Below are positions 35,581-48,800 of a stretch of DNA of 64,000 nt, piece by piece. How positions within the stretch are numbered: position 1 is the stretch's first letter; each line of letters starts with the position of its first letter. The stretch comes from Mobula hypostoma (taxonomy: Eukaryota). Where the stretch lies: NCBI RefSeq assembly GCF_963921235.1, contig NC_086107.1, forward strand, positions 115,880,001-115,944,000. The letters run 5' to 3'. A program made the translations under genes and the position numbers. The notes beneath the pieces were generated by a model. It was given only the letters and a program-made list of their open reading frames with translations, ran no database searches and was not told the origin of the DNA.

Positions 35581-37393
35581 TAGACAGAGAGTGAAACTCC
35601 CTCCACACCGTCCCATCACACACTCCCGGGGTCAGACACAGGGTGAATCTCCCTCCACACCGTCCCATCACACACTCCCGGGGTCAGACACAGAGTGAAT
35701 CTCCCTCCACACCGTCCCATCACACACTCCCGGGGTCAGACACAGAGTGAATCTCCCTCCACACCGTCCCATCACACACTCCCGGGGTCAGACACAGAGT
35801 GAATCTCCCTCCACACCGTCCCATCACACACTCCCGGGGTCAGACACACAGTGAAGCTCCCGCCACACCGTCCCATCACACACTTCCAGGTTCAGAAACA
35901 AACTGAAACTCCCTCCACACTGTCCCATCACACACTCTCGGGGTCAGACACAGAGTGAAACTCCCTCCACACCGTCCCATCACACCCTCCCGGGGTCAGA
36001 CACAGAGTGAATCTCCCTCCACACCGTCTCATCACACACTCCCGGGGTCAGACACAGAGTTAAACTCTCTCCACACCGTCCCATCACACACTCCCGCGGT
36101 CAGACACAGAGTGAATCTCCCTCCACACCGTCCCATCACACACTCCCGGGGTCAGACACAGAGTGAAACTCCCTCAACACCGTCCCATCACACACTCCCG
36201 GGGTCAGACACAGAGTGAAACTCCCTCCACACCGTCCCATCACACACTCCCGGGGTCAGACACAGAGTGAATCTCCCTCCACACCGTCCCATCACATACT
36301 CCCGGGGTCAGACACAGAGTGAAGCTCCCTCCACACCGTCCCATCACACACTCCCGCGGTCAGACACAGAGTGAATCTCCCTCCACACAGTCCCATCACA
36401 CACTCCCGGGGTCAGACACAGAGTGAAACTCCCTCAACACCGTCCCATCACACACTCCCGGGGTCAGACACAGAGTGAAACTCCCTCCACACCGTCGCAT
36501 CACACACTCCCGGGGTCAGACAGAGAGTGAAACTCCCTCCACACCGTCCCATCACACAGTCCCGGGGTCAGATACAGAGTGAATCTCCCTCCACACCGTC
36601 CCATCACACACTCCCGGGGTCAGATACAGAGTGAATCTCCCTCCACACCGTCCCATCGCACACTCCCGGGGTCAGACACAGAGTGAATCTCCCTCCACAC
36701 CGTCCCATCGCACACTCCCGGGGTCAGACACAGAGTGAACCTCCCTCCACACCGTCCCATCACACACTCCTGGGGTCAGACACAGAGTGAAGCTCCCTCC
36801 ACACCGTCCCATCACACACTCCCGGGGTGAGACACAGAGTGAATCTCCCTCCACACCGTCCCATCACACACTCCCGGGGTCAGACACAGAGTGAATCTCC
36901 CTCCACACCGTCCCATCACACACTCCCGGGGTCAGACACAGAGTGAATCTCCTTCCACACCGTCCCATCACACACTCCCGGGGTCAGACACAGGGTGAAT
37001 CTCCCTCCACACCGTCCCATCACACACTCCCGGGGTCAGACACAGGGTGAATCTCCCTCCACACCGTCCCATCACACACTCCCGGGGTCAGACACAGAGT
37101 GAATCTCCCTCCACACCGTCCCATCACACACTCCCGGGGTCAGACACAGAGTGAATCTCCCTCCACACCGTCCCATCACACACTCCCGGGGTCAGACACA
37201 GGGTGAATCTCCCTCCACACCGTCCCATCACACACTCCCGGGGTCAGACACAGAGTGAATCTCCCTCCATACCGTCCCATCACACACTCCCAGGGTCAGA
37301 CACAGAGTGAACCTCCCTCCACACCGTCCCATCACACACTCCCGGGGTCAGACACAGAGTGAATCTCCCTCCACACCGTCCCATCACACACTC
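35581..37393. repeat. 52-bp minisatellite array 3, ~35 units, filling almost all of PRODH2 intron 6
   Basis: Directly visible. Confidence 0.95.
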
Positions 37394-37401
37394 TTCCTCA
37401 C

Positions 37402-37548
37402 CTTTAGATAACACTGGTAAGTGTTCCAAATCAAGGGCTGTGATTGGTTGAAGCGAAGCATGAGAGCCTTGGTAACCAATGAGATGGCGGGGTTAAGTGA
37501 GGTGAGTTCAGCGTCAATGAGGAGGGGCACTCCCCTCTCCCAGGAGTA
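37402..37548 (-). CDS. PRODH2: PRODH2 coding exon 6 (YSWERGVPLLIDAELTSLNPAISLVTKALMLRFNQSQPLIWNTYQCYLK)
   Basis: DAE.T.LNPA and NTYQ.YLK motifs; 147 nt, phases 0/0. Confidence 0.94.
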
Positions 37549-37794
37549 CTGTCATTAGAGAGCAGAGTCAGTGACTCCGGAGAAGGAACGAGGGAGGGGA
37601 GGGGGAGGGGATGATGGAGGGGGATTCAATGAGACAGAATGTGAGGCTGAAATTGACAGGAGTGAGAAGGGTGAGGGGTTAGGCGAAGGGAGAAGGGAAA
37701 AGTGAGGGGAGAGGGGATTTGGGGAAGGCGAGGGAGGGTGGGAGGGTGGAAGGCGAGGGAGGGTGGGAGGGTGGAAGGCGAGGGACGGGGAAGA

Positions 37795-38110
37795 CGAGGG
37801 GGGGAAGACGGGGGGGGAAGGCTAGGGGGGTAAGGCGAGGGGGGTAAGGCGAGGGGGGTAAGGCGAGGGGGGTAAGGCAAGGGGGGTAAGGCAAGGGGGG
37901 TAAGGCAAGGGGGGGTAAGGCAAGGGGGGTAAGGCAAGGGGGGTAAGGCAAGGGGGTTAAGGCGAGGGGGGTTAAGGCGAGGGGGGTAAGGCGAGGGGGG
38001 TAAGGCGAGGGGGGTTAAGGCGAGGGGGGTAAGGCGAGGGGGGTAAGGCGAGGGGGGTAAGGCGAGGGGGGTAAGGCGAGGGGGGGTAAGGCGAGGGAGG
38101 GTAAGACGAG
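37795..38110. repeat. ~14-bp G-rich repeat (GGGGGGTAAGGCRA)n
   Basis: Directly visible. Confidence 0.85.
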
Positions 38111-38158
38111 GGAGGGGGAGGTGAGGGGAGAGGGAGATCTCACATCCTCCCTCCCTAC

Positions 38159-38239
38159 CTCTGCGATGGTCCTGAGGCGACGGAGTGATTGTTGTAGGTG
38201 CACTGAATCCTCGAGGCTCAGGTGTCTGAAGTGAAGATC
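38159..38239 (-). CDS. PRODH2: PRODH2 coding exon 5 (DLHFRHLSLEDSVHLQQSLRRLRTIAE)
   Basis: Aligns to the PRODH2 HL.ASL.RL..A segment; 81 nt; CAG acceptor, GTAGGG donor. Confidence 0.85.
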
Positions 38240-38627
38240 CTGCATGGGACAGTGAAAGTTTGTCAAGACCACGGGGAGACGAGATGAGATCGTTCAATCC
38301 GATGTGACACCACTGGTCTCACCAGTCTCCTTTAATCCCCTCCAGACAGATTCAGGCTGATATTCCCCACCATCCCAATCCCAGATGATTTTGAAATCCC
38401 GACAGCCAACTTGGGTACTGTGCTCCCGGGACTGGAGAGAGAAACTCAGACTCCATGACCCTGGATCTTCCCCCCCACCCCTCCACTCTCACCACACTGT
38501 CTGAGTAATGGTCTCCCCAGGGTAGTTGGAGGAAGGGCCCCCTCACTCCTGGATTCAGGACATCGGAGGCAGGGGCAGGGGGCAGGGGTGGTGGGGCTGC
38601 TGTGGACCCTGATCTCAGTGGTGTCAC

Positions 38628-39070
38628 AGATTTATCAGGGTTTACAGGGGGATCTCGATCAGCTAGAGAAGTGGGCCGAGGAATGGCAAATGCAGTTTAG
38701 TTCTGATAAGTGTGAGGTGTTACATTTCAGAATGACATGTCAGGGCAGGACTTTCACAGTGAAATGTAGGACAATTCCTCCTCCTCCTTGGAGTGGTGAA
38801 TCCAGCACCCTCTGTGTGACCTGAAACCCTGGGGGGGGCAGGTCGGTGAGGTGGTCTCCAGGGTGAGACAGGAGCCCTGGGGTGGCATGTTGTAGAGCAG
38901 AGGGACCAAGGGATTCAGATACAGGGTTCCCTGAAAGTGGCATCACAGGGGGTGAAGAAGCTGTCTGGCACGTGGGCTTCATCCGGGCAGCGAGTCCGAG
39001 CTCGGACATTGTGTTGCAGCTCCACGTAGCTGAGGGGGCACCTGGGAGTCTGTTTGGTTACCCTGCTATA
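38628..39070 (+). mobile_element. Degraded CR1 fragment
   Basis: LQGDLDQLEKWAEEWQMQFSSDKCEVLHF. Confidence 0.75.
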
Positions 39071-39176
39071 GAGCTGAGTTATTCCCGCTCAAAATCCCCT
39101 CCCTCCCCTCCCTCCACTCTCCATCCCTCCCTCCCCTCCCTGCCCTCCCCTCCCCTCCCTGCCCTCCCCTCCCCAC

Positions 39177-39260
39177 CTGGCCATCCATCACTGCTGCCAA
39201 CCGGCTGATGTTGAGGTCCTCAGCCACAGACTGCTCGCTGAGGGACCGGCTCACAGTCGT
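39177..39260 (-). CDS. PRODH2: PRODH2 coding exon 4 (TTVSRSLSEQSVAEDLNISRLAAVMDGQ)
   Basis: Aligns to the PRODH2 RLA.AMD.GQ segment; 84 nt, phases 0/0. Confidence 0.82.
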
Positions 39261-39826
39261 CTGTAGGGCAGAGGGAGACAGAGAGAGGGTCAGCAGTGAT
39301 CAGGGGGAGGGGGAGGGGGAGGGGGAGGGGTGTGGAGTAAGGATCAGCAGTGACGAGGAAGTGTCGGGGGAGGCAGGACCAATAGGGGTGGGAGAGGGGG
39401 CAGGAGGGGGATATGATGGACAAAGGGGAAGAAGGGGAGTGAGAGGGAGAGGGAGCAGGATGTGATGGTCAGAGGGGTAGGAAGGGAAGGGAAGGGAGGG
39501 AGGAGGGAGGGAGGAGGGAGGGGAGTGAGAGGGAGGGGAGGGGAGTGAGAGGGAGGGGAAGGGAAGAGGGAGGGAGGAGGGAGGGGGAAGGGAAGAGGGA
39601 GGGAGGAGGGAGGAGGGAGGGGAGTGAGAGGGAGGGGAGTGAGAGGGAGGGGAGGGGAGTGAGAGGGAGGGGAAGGGAAGAGGGAGGGGAAGGGAAGAGG
39701 GAGGGAGGATGGAGCGGAGGGAGGGAGGATGGAGCGGAGGGAGAGAGAGGCAGTGTCTATACAGGGGACATTACATGGGGAAGGTCTGTCCCTCAACGCC
39801 CTCCCTCCTCCCTCCTCCGCACTCAC

Positions 39827-39947
39827 GCAGAGCCAGGTCCCCATCAGCGCTGTGACCTTCAGCTGCATCATGGCGTGCGGACCGCAGACCTGGGCAGTGT
39901 CCACACACGACAGCGCTGTCCGCAGATTACCCTCGAACCAGCACTCA
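39827..39947 (-). CDS. PRODH2: PRODH2 coding exon 3 (ECWFEGNLRTALSCVDTAQVCGPHAMMQLKVTALMGTWLC)
   Basis: W.EGNL...CVD and MQLKVTAL motifs of PRODH2; GTGAGT donor. Confidence 0.93.
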
Positions 39948-40149
39948 CTGTGCCGGGTGGCGGGAGGGGAGAGCGAGGGATGGAGGGGTAGAGAGTGGAA
40001 TGACAAGGAGGGGGGTAATGGCAGGAAGGGAGAATGAGAGGAGAGGTGGGGAGAGGGTGCAAGGAAGGAATGGGGAGGGGAGAGGGAAAGCAATAAGGGA
40101 AGGGAAAGGGGAGGAGGGGGAGTGTTGGAGGGTTGAGGAGGAGGAGGGA

Positions 40150-41050
40150 GAGGAAGGGAAGGGATGGAAGGGAGAGGAAGGGAAGGGATGGAGGGGAGAG
40201 GAAGGGAAGGGATGGAGGGGAGAGGAGAGGAAGGGATGGAGGGGAGAGGAAGGGAAGGGATGGAGGGGAGAGGAAGGGAAGGGATGGAGGGGAGAGGAAG
40301 GGAAGGGATGGAGGGGAGAGGAGAGGAAGGGATGGAGGGGAGAGGAAGGGAAGGGATGGAGGGGAGAGGAAGGGAAGGGATGGAGGGGAGAGGAAGGGAA
40401 GGGATGGAGGGGAGAGGAAGGGAAGGGATGGAGGGGAGGGGAGGGGAGAGGAGAGGAGGGGAGAGGAGAGGAAGGGATGGAGGGGAAGGGATGGAGGGGA
40501 AGGGATGGAGGGGAGGGGAAGGGATGGAGGGGAGGGGAAGGGATGGAGGGGAGGGGAGGGGAGAGGAGAGGAAGGGATGGAGGGGAAGGGATGGAGGGGA
40601 GGGGAGGGGAGGGGAGAGGAGAGGAAGGGATGGAGGGGAGGGGAGGGGAGGGGAGGGGAGAGGAGAGGAAGGGATGGAGGGGAGGGGAGAGGAAGGGATG
40701 GAGGGGAGGGGAGAGGAAGGGATGGAGGGGAGGGGAGAGGAAGGGATGGAGGGGAGGGGAGGGGAGAGGAAGGGATGGAGGGGAGGGGAGGGGAGAGGAA
40801 GGGATGGAGGGGAGGGGAGGGGAGAGGAAGGGATGGAGGGGAGGGGAGGGGAGGGGAGAGGAAGGGATGGAGGGGAGGGGAGGGGAGAGGAAGGGATGGA
40901 GGGGAGGGGAGAGGAAGGGATGGAGGGGAGGGGAGGGGAGAGGAAGGGATGGAGGGGAGGGGAGGGGAGAGGAAGGGATGGAGGGGAGGGGAGGGGAGGG
41001 GAGGGGAGGGGAGGGGAGGGGAGGGGAGGGGAGGGGAGGGGAGGGGAGGG
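40150..41050. repeat. Polypurine (GGAGG/GGAAG/GGATG)n repeat ending in (GGGGA)n
   Basis: Directly visible. Confidence 0.9.
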
Positions 41051-41339
41051 ACAGGATGAGGAAATAGGGTAGAGATGGAGGGAGGGTTTAGAGAGAGGGG
41101 GATTGAAGGAGGGGAGAAGTGATAGATGAAAACAAGAGACAGATAAAAGAAATTCGAGGTTAATTGTCATTCACCAATACAGACGTATACAGCCAAATGA
41201 AAGAACGTCCCAACGGGACCAAGGTCCAAACCACATACAGTCACATTCGGCACAAGATTGGTGAGGGTCGATGGGGACGTGTGGAATTGTGAGGAGGTCG
41301 AGGCTCCAGTGAGCGTTTGTGGTTGTGACGCCAGCGTGG

Positions 41340-42620
41340 ATGGAGCAGGACGGGCTGTCAGTGATTCCCACCCGGGAACGTGCAGCTCTGAACTCTCTCG
41401 GCCTCAGCAAAGTTGATGTAGACAGGAATGTGTGTATCCATCCCCACCCCACTTTCTGAAGTCAGTGACCAGCTCATTTGCTCTGCTGACGTTGAGGGGA
41501 AGAGTTAGTTTCATGACACAGCCTCAGAATAGAGGGGCGTCCTTTTAGAACGGAGATGAGGAGGAATTTCTTTCATCAGAGAGTGCTGAATCTGTGGAAT
41601 TCATTGCCCCAGGCAGCTGTTGAGGGAAAGTCTTAATGTACATTTAAGGCAGATGCTGATAGATTCTTGGTTAGTCAGGGCATGAAGGGATTGGGGAGAA
41701 GGCAGGAGACTGGGGCTGAGAGGGAAATGGTGTCAGCCACGATGGAGTAGTGGACAGACATGCTGGGCCAAATGGTGTACGACTGCTCCTGGATCCAATC
41801 ACTCAGCTCTCTGACTCATTGTTATTTGAGATTCAGCCTGTTACGGTGATATCATCTGCAAACATGGAGATGAGTTTGAGCAGAATCTGGCCACACAGTC
41901 ATCAGTATACGGGGGTGGGGGGGGGTACAGTGAGGGCTGACAATACAACCTGCAGATTTTATCCCTCAAAAGCCTCTTCAGTCATTTATCTGCTACAGAT
42001 GTCAGGCTAAATGATTCATAGGTCTTAGTTTTTTCTTAGCTTTTCTGCCTTCTTAAATAAAGGCATAACCCGCCCGTCCACCGAAACTTCACCCACGGCT
42101 TCGTCGACCCTCAGCAACTTTCACAGATGCTCCACGGAAAGCGCCTGTTGGGAGAGACCGCAGCTTGGTACAGCACCCACTGTCCGACCACAAGGAAGCG
42201 CGGAATTCCGAACACAGCTCAACACATGGCAGAAATGGACGTCCCCTCCATGGGCACTGTCTGCCTCAGCGAAGCAGCAGGAATCAAAGATGCCACCCAC
42301 CCTGGACCTTCTCTTCTCCATCCTCCCACCGGGCAGAAGCTAGGCCTGAAAGCACATCCCATCGTCAGGCACAAGGACAGTTTCTACCCCACTGTTATCA
42401 GACTCTTCAATAGCCCCCGAGTGGAACACCATACCCCTCCCATCTCTGTCCCCGTCCAGACTTCCCTGAACTGCTGCAGCCAGACCCACGTTCTCCACGT
42501 ACACTGGCAGCTTGTCCCCACCCTCTGAGTGAAGAAGTTCCCCTTCAGGCCTCACGTGTTTTACCTTGCACCAAAAAATTATAACCTCTTGTTCTTGTCT
42601 CACCCAAACTCAGGGAAAAA
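41340..42620. mobile_element. Fragments of Rex1/Babar and CR1 LINEs in PRODH2 intron 2
   Basis: CR1 3' end at 41515-41790 (+); Rex1 C-terminus IKDATHPG...KDSFYPTVIRLFN at 42250-42415 (+). Confidence 0.65.
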
Positions 42621-42795
42621 GCCTACGTGCCTAACCCCGAGTTAAATCCCTCAACAGAAAACTCCAAATTTGGCCACACTGACATCTCGTCCAACATCAA
42701 CGTCCTGTTCTCAATTCCCCAGGTTCTCTCTGCACGGATGGGAGAGTGCAATGAGGGACCTCCCCCACTCCACCCCACCCTCGGATGAAACCTAC

Positions 42796-42986
42796 CTCCT
42801 GACCTCACCCACATCGTCCTCCAAGGGGACGGCCAGCATTGTGTGCACCCCCACTCTCCGCAGGGCCTCAGTGCAGCCCTGGATTTCGGGAACCGTCTCC
42901 CCAGCCACGAACTGGCCGTAGACGGTCACCTTCATCAGCCACTCGAACAACCTCCGTCCCAGCAGCCTGGAGCTCCACTGCATCAT
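42796..42986 (-). CDS. PRODH2: PRODH2 coding exon 2 (MMQWSSRLLGRRLFEWLMKVTVYGQFVAGET...MLAVPLEDDVGEVR)
   Basis: YGQFVAGET and LAVP.E motifs; TAG acceptor; the phase-2 donor GTAGG matches the next exon. Confidence 0.93.
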
Positions 42987-43042
42987 CTAGAGAGGGACCG
43001 ATCCTCAGTAATGTGTCTGAACCGGGTGGATCACAGTCTCCA

Positions 43043-45890
43043 CCCACTGACCACTCCACCCTCCGTCCGGATCCCCACTGACCACTCCACCCTCCGTCCA
43101 CATCCCCACTGACCACTCCCCCTCCGTCCACATCCCCACTGACCACTCCACCCTCCGTCCGAATCCCCACTGACCACTCCACCCTCCGTCCACATCCCCA
43201 CTGACCACTCCCCCTCTGTCCACATCCCCACTGACCACTCCCCCTCCGTCCACATCCCCACTGACCACTCCACCCTCCGTCCGAATCCCCACTGACCACT
43301 CCACCCTCCGTCCACATCCCCACTGACCACTCCCCCTCCGTCCACATCCCCACTGACCACTCCACCCTCCGTCCGAATCCCCACTGACCACTCCACCCTC
43401 CGTCCGAATCCCCACTGACCACTCCACCCCCCGTCCGGATCCCCACTGACCACTCCCACTCCGTCCGGATCCCCACTGACAACTCCCCCTCCGTCCGGAT
43501 CCCCACTGACCACTCCACCCTCCGTCCACATCCCCACTGACCACTCCCCCTCTGTCCACATCCCCACTGACCACTCCACCCTCCGTCCGAATCCCCACTG
43601 ACCACTCCACCCTCCGTCCACATCCCCACTGACCACTCCCCCTCTGTCCACATCCCCACTGACCACTCCCCCTCCGTCCACATCCCCACTGACCACTCCA
43701 CCCTCCGTCCGAATCCCCACTGACCACTCCCCCTCTGTCCACATCCCCACTGACCACTCCCCCTCCGTCCACATCCCCACTGACCACTCCACCCTCCATC
43801 CGAATCCCCACTGACCACTCCACCCTCCGTCCGAATCCCCACTGACCACTCCACCCCCCGTCCGGATCCCCACTGACCACTCCCACTCCGTCCGGATCCC
43901 CACTGACAACTCCCCCTCCGTCCGGATCCCCACTGACCACTCCCCCTCCGTCCGGATCCCCACTGACCATTCCACCCTCTGTCCGGATCCCCACTGACCA
44001 CTCCACCCTCCGTCCAGATCCCCACTGACCACTCCACCCTCCGTCCACATCCCCACTGACCACTCCCCCTCCGTCCACATCCCCACTGACCACTCCACCC
44101 TCCGTCCACATCCCCACTGACCACTCCCACTCCGTCCGGATCCCCACTGACCACTCCACCCTCCGTCCGGATCCCCACTGACCACTTCCACTCCGTCCGG
44201 ATCCCCACTGACCACTCCCACTCCGTCCGGATCCCCACTGACCACTCCACCCTCCGTCCGAATCCCCACTGACCACTCCCACTCTGTCCACATCCCCAAT
44301 GACCACTCCACCCTCCGTCCACATCCCCACTGACCACTCCCACTCCGTCCGGATCCCCACTGACCACTCCACCCTCCGTCCACATCCCCACTGACCACTC
44401 CACCCTCCGTCCACATCCCCACTGACCACTCCCCCTCCGTCCACATCCCCACTGACCACTCCACCCTCCGTCCGAATCCCCACTGACCACTCCACCCTCC
44501 GTCCACATCCCCACTGACCACTCCCCCTCTGTCCACATCCCCACTGACCACTCCCCCTCCGTCCACATCCCCACTGACCACTCCACCCTCCGTCCGAATC
44601 CCCACTGACCACTCCACCCTCCGTCCACATCCCCACTGACCACTCCCCCTCCGTCCACATCCCCACTGACCACTCCACCCTCCGTCCGAATCCCCACTGA
44701 CCACTCCACCCTCCGTCCGAATCCCCACTGACCACTCCACCCCCCGTCCGGATCCCCACTGACCACTCCCACTCCGTCCGGATCCCCACTGACAACTCCC
44801 CCTCCGTCCGGATCCCCACTGACCACTCCCCCTCCGTCCGGATCCCCACTGACCATTCCACCCTCTGTCCGGATCCCCACTGACCACTCCACCCTCCGTC
44901 CACATCCCCACTGACCACTCCCCCTCTGTCCACATCCCCACTGACCACTCCACCCTCCGTCCGAATCCCCACTGACCACTCCCCCCTCCGTCCACATCCC
45001 CACTGACCACTCCCCCTCCGTCCACATCCCCACTGACCACTCCACCCTCCGTCCGAATCCCCACTGACCACTCCACCCTCCGTCCGAATCCCCACTGACC
45101 ACTCCACCCCCCGTCCGGATCCCCACTGACCACTCCCACTCCGTCCGGATCCCCACTGACAACTCCCCCTCCGTCCGGATCCCCACTGACCACTCCCCCT
45201 CCGTCCGGATCCCCACTGACCACTCCACCCTCCGTCCAGATCCCCACTGACCACTCCACCCTCCGTCCACATCCCCACTGACCACTCCCCCTCCGTCCAC
45301 ATCCCCACTGACCACTCCACCCTCCGTCCACATCCCCACTGACCACTCCCACTCCGTCCGGATCCCCACTGACCACTCCACCCTCCGTCCGGATCCCCAC
45401 TGACCACTTCCACTCCGTCCGGATCCCCACTGACCACTCCCACTCCGTCCGGATCCCCACGACCACTCCACCCTCCGTCCGAATCCCCACTGACCACTCC
45501 CACTCTGTCCACATCCCCAATGACCACTCCACCCTCCGTCCACATCCCCACTGACCACTCCCACTCCGTCCGGATCCCCACTGACCACTCCACCCTCCGT
45601 CCACATCCCCACTGACCACTCCCCCTCCGTCCACATCCCCACTGACCACTCCCACTCTGTCCACATCCCCAATGACCACTCCACCCTCCGTCCACATCCC
45701 CACTGACCACTCCACCCTCCGTCCACATCCCCACTGACCACTCCACCCTCCGTCCGGATCCCCACTGACCACTCCACCCTCCGTCCGGATCCCCAATGAC
45801 CACTCCCCCTCCGTCCACATCCCCACTGACCACTCCACCCTCCGTCCACATCCCCACTGACCACTCCCCCTCCGTCCACATCCCCACTGA
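43043..45890. repeat. 30/31-bp minisatellite (CCCACTGACCACTCCACCCTCCGTCCRSATC)
   Basis: Directly visible, ~90 units. Confidence 0.95.
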
Positions 45891-48800
45891 CCCACATCAC
45901 CTCCCCTCTCATTACCCCCTCACCCACATCATCCTCCCCTCTCACTACCCCCTCACCCACATCACCCTCTCCTCTCACTACCCCCTCACCCACATCATCC
46001 TCCCCTCTCACTACCCCCTCACCCACATCTCCGACCCTTACTACCCCCTCACCCACACCCTCCCCTCTCACTACCCCCCACCCACGTCACCCTCCCCTCT
46101 CACTACCCCCTCACCCACGTCACCCTCCCCTCTCACTACCCCCTCACCCACATCACCGATCCTCTCACTACCCCCTCACCCACATCACCCTCTCCTCTCA
46201 CTACCCCCTCACCCACATCATCCTCCCCTCTCACTACCCCCTCACACACATCATCCTCCCCTCTCACTACCCCCTCACCCACATCACCCTCCCCTCTCAC
46301 TACCCCCTCACACACATCACCCTCCCCTCTCACTGCGCCCTCACCCACGTCACCCTCCCCCCTCACTACCCCCTCACCCACATCACCCTCCCCTCTCACT
46401 ACCCCCTCACCCACATCACCGACCCTCTCCCTCCCCTCACCCACATCACCCTCCCCTCTCACTACCCCCTCACCCACATCACCCTCCCCTCTCACTACCC
46501 CTCACCCACATCACCCTCCCCTCTCACTACCCCTCACCCACATCACCCTCCCCTCTCACTGCCCCTCACCCACATCACCCTCCCCTCTCACTACCCCCTC
46601 ACCCACATCACCCTCCCCTCTCACTACCCCTCACCCACATCACCCTCCCCTCTCACTGCCCCTCACCCACATCACCCTCCCCTCTCACTACCCCCTCACC
46701 CACGTCACCCTCCCCTCTCACTACCCCCTCACCCACGTCACCCTCCCCTCTCACTCACATCACCCTCCCCTCTCACTACCCCCTCACCCACATCACCGAC
46801 CCTCTCACTACCCCCTCACCCACATCACCCTCCCCTCTCACTACCCCCTCACCCACATCACCCTCCCCTCTCACTACCCCTCACCCACATCACCCTCCCC
46901 TCTCACTACCCCCTCACCCACATCACCGACCCTCTCACTACCCCCTCACCCATATCACCCTCCCCTCTCACTACCCCCTCACCCACATCACCTTCCCCTC
47001 TCACTGCCCCGTCACCCACATCACCCTCCCCTCTCACTACCCCGTCACCCACATCACCGACCCTCTCACTACCCCCTCACCCACATCACCGACCCTCTCA
47101 CTAACCCCTCACCCACATCACCTTCCCCTCTCACTACCCCCTCACCCACATCACCCTCCCCTCTCACTACCCCCACCCACATCACCCTCCCCTCTCACTA
47201 CCCCCTCAGCCACGTCACCCTCCCCTCTCACTACCCCCTCACCCACATCACCCTCCCCTCTCACTACCCCATCACCCACATCACCGACCCTCTCCCTCCC
47301 CTCACTCACATCACCCTCCCCTCTCACTACCCCCTCACCCACATCACCCTTCCCTCTCACTACCCCCTCACCCACATCACCCTCCCCTCTCACTGCCCCG
47401 TCACCCACATCACTACCCCCTCACCCACGTCACCCTCCCCTCTCACTGCCCCCTCACCCACATCACCCTCCCCTCTCACTACCCCCTCACCCACATCACC
47501 CTCCCCTCTCACTACCCCCTCACCCACATCACCCTCCCCTCTCACTACCCCCTCACCCACGTCACCCTCCCCTCTCACTGCCCCCTCACCCACATCACCC
47601 TCCCCTCTCACTGCCCCCTCACCCACATCACCCTCCCCTCTCACTACCCCCTCACCCACATCACCCTCCCCTCTCACTACCCCCTCACCCACGTCACCCT
47701 CCCCTCTCACTACCCACTCACCCACATCACCCTTCCCTCTCACTACCCCCTCACCCACATCACCCTCCCCTCTCACTACCCCCTCACCCACATCATCCTC
47801 CCCTCTCACTACCCCCTCACCCACATCACCGACCCTCTCCCTACCCCTCACCCACGTCACCCTCCCCCCTCACTGCCCCATCACCCACATCACCCTCCCC
47901 TCTCACCGACGTCACTGACCCACTCACTACCCCCTCACCCACATTACCGACCCTCTCACTACCCCCTCACCCCCATCACCGACCCTTCACTACCCCCTCA
48001 CCCACATCACCCTCCCCTCTCACTACCCCCTCACCCACATCACCCTCCCCGTCACTACTCCCTCACCCACATCACCCTCCCCTCTCACTACCCCCTCACC
48101 CATGTCACCCTCCCCTCTCACTACCCCCTCACTCACATCACCCTCCCCTCTCACTACCCCCTCACCACCCCCTCACCCTCCCCTCTCACTACCCCCCCAC
48201 CCACATCTCCGACCCTCACAACCCCCTCACCCACGTCACCCTCCCCTCTCACTACCCCCTCACCCACATCTCCGACCCTCACAACCCCCTCACCCTCCCC
48301 TCTCACAACCCCCTCACCCACATCACCGACCCTCTCACTACTCCCTCACCCACATCACCCTCCCCTCTCACTACCCCCTCACCCACATCACCCTCCCCTC
48401 TGACTACCCCCTCACCCACATCACCCTCCCCTCTCACTACCCCCTCACCCACATCACCCTCCCCTCTCACTACCCCCTCACCCACATCACCGACCCTCAC
48501 AACCCCGTTACCCTCCCCTCTCACAACCCCCTCACCCACATCATCGACCCTCTCCCTCCCCCACATCACCCTCCCCTCTCACTACCCCTCACCCACATCA
48601 CCCTCCCCTCTCAGTACCCCCTCACCCACATCACCCTCCCCTCTCACTACCCCCTCACCCACATCACCCTCCCCTCTCACTACCCCCTCACTCACATCAC
48701 CCTCCCCTCTCACTACCCCCTCACCCACATCACCCTCCCCTCTCACTACCCCCTCACCCACATCACCCTCCCCTCTCACTGCCCCTCACCCACATCACCC

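Noticed and set aside
39344..41170. 608-aa proline-rich ORF
   Set aside because: A polypyrimidine repeat that happens to be in frame with PRODH2 exon 3; only 39827-39947 is coding.
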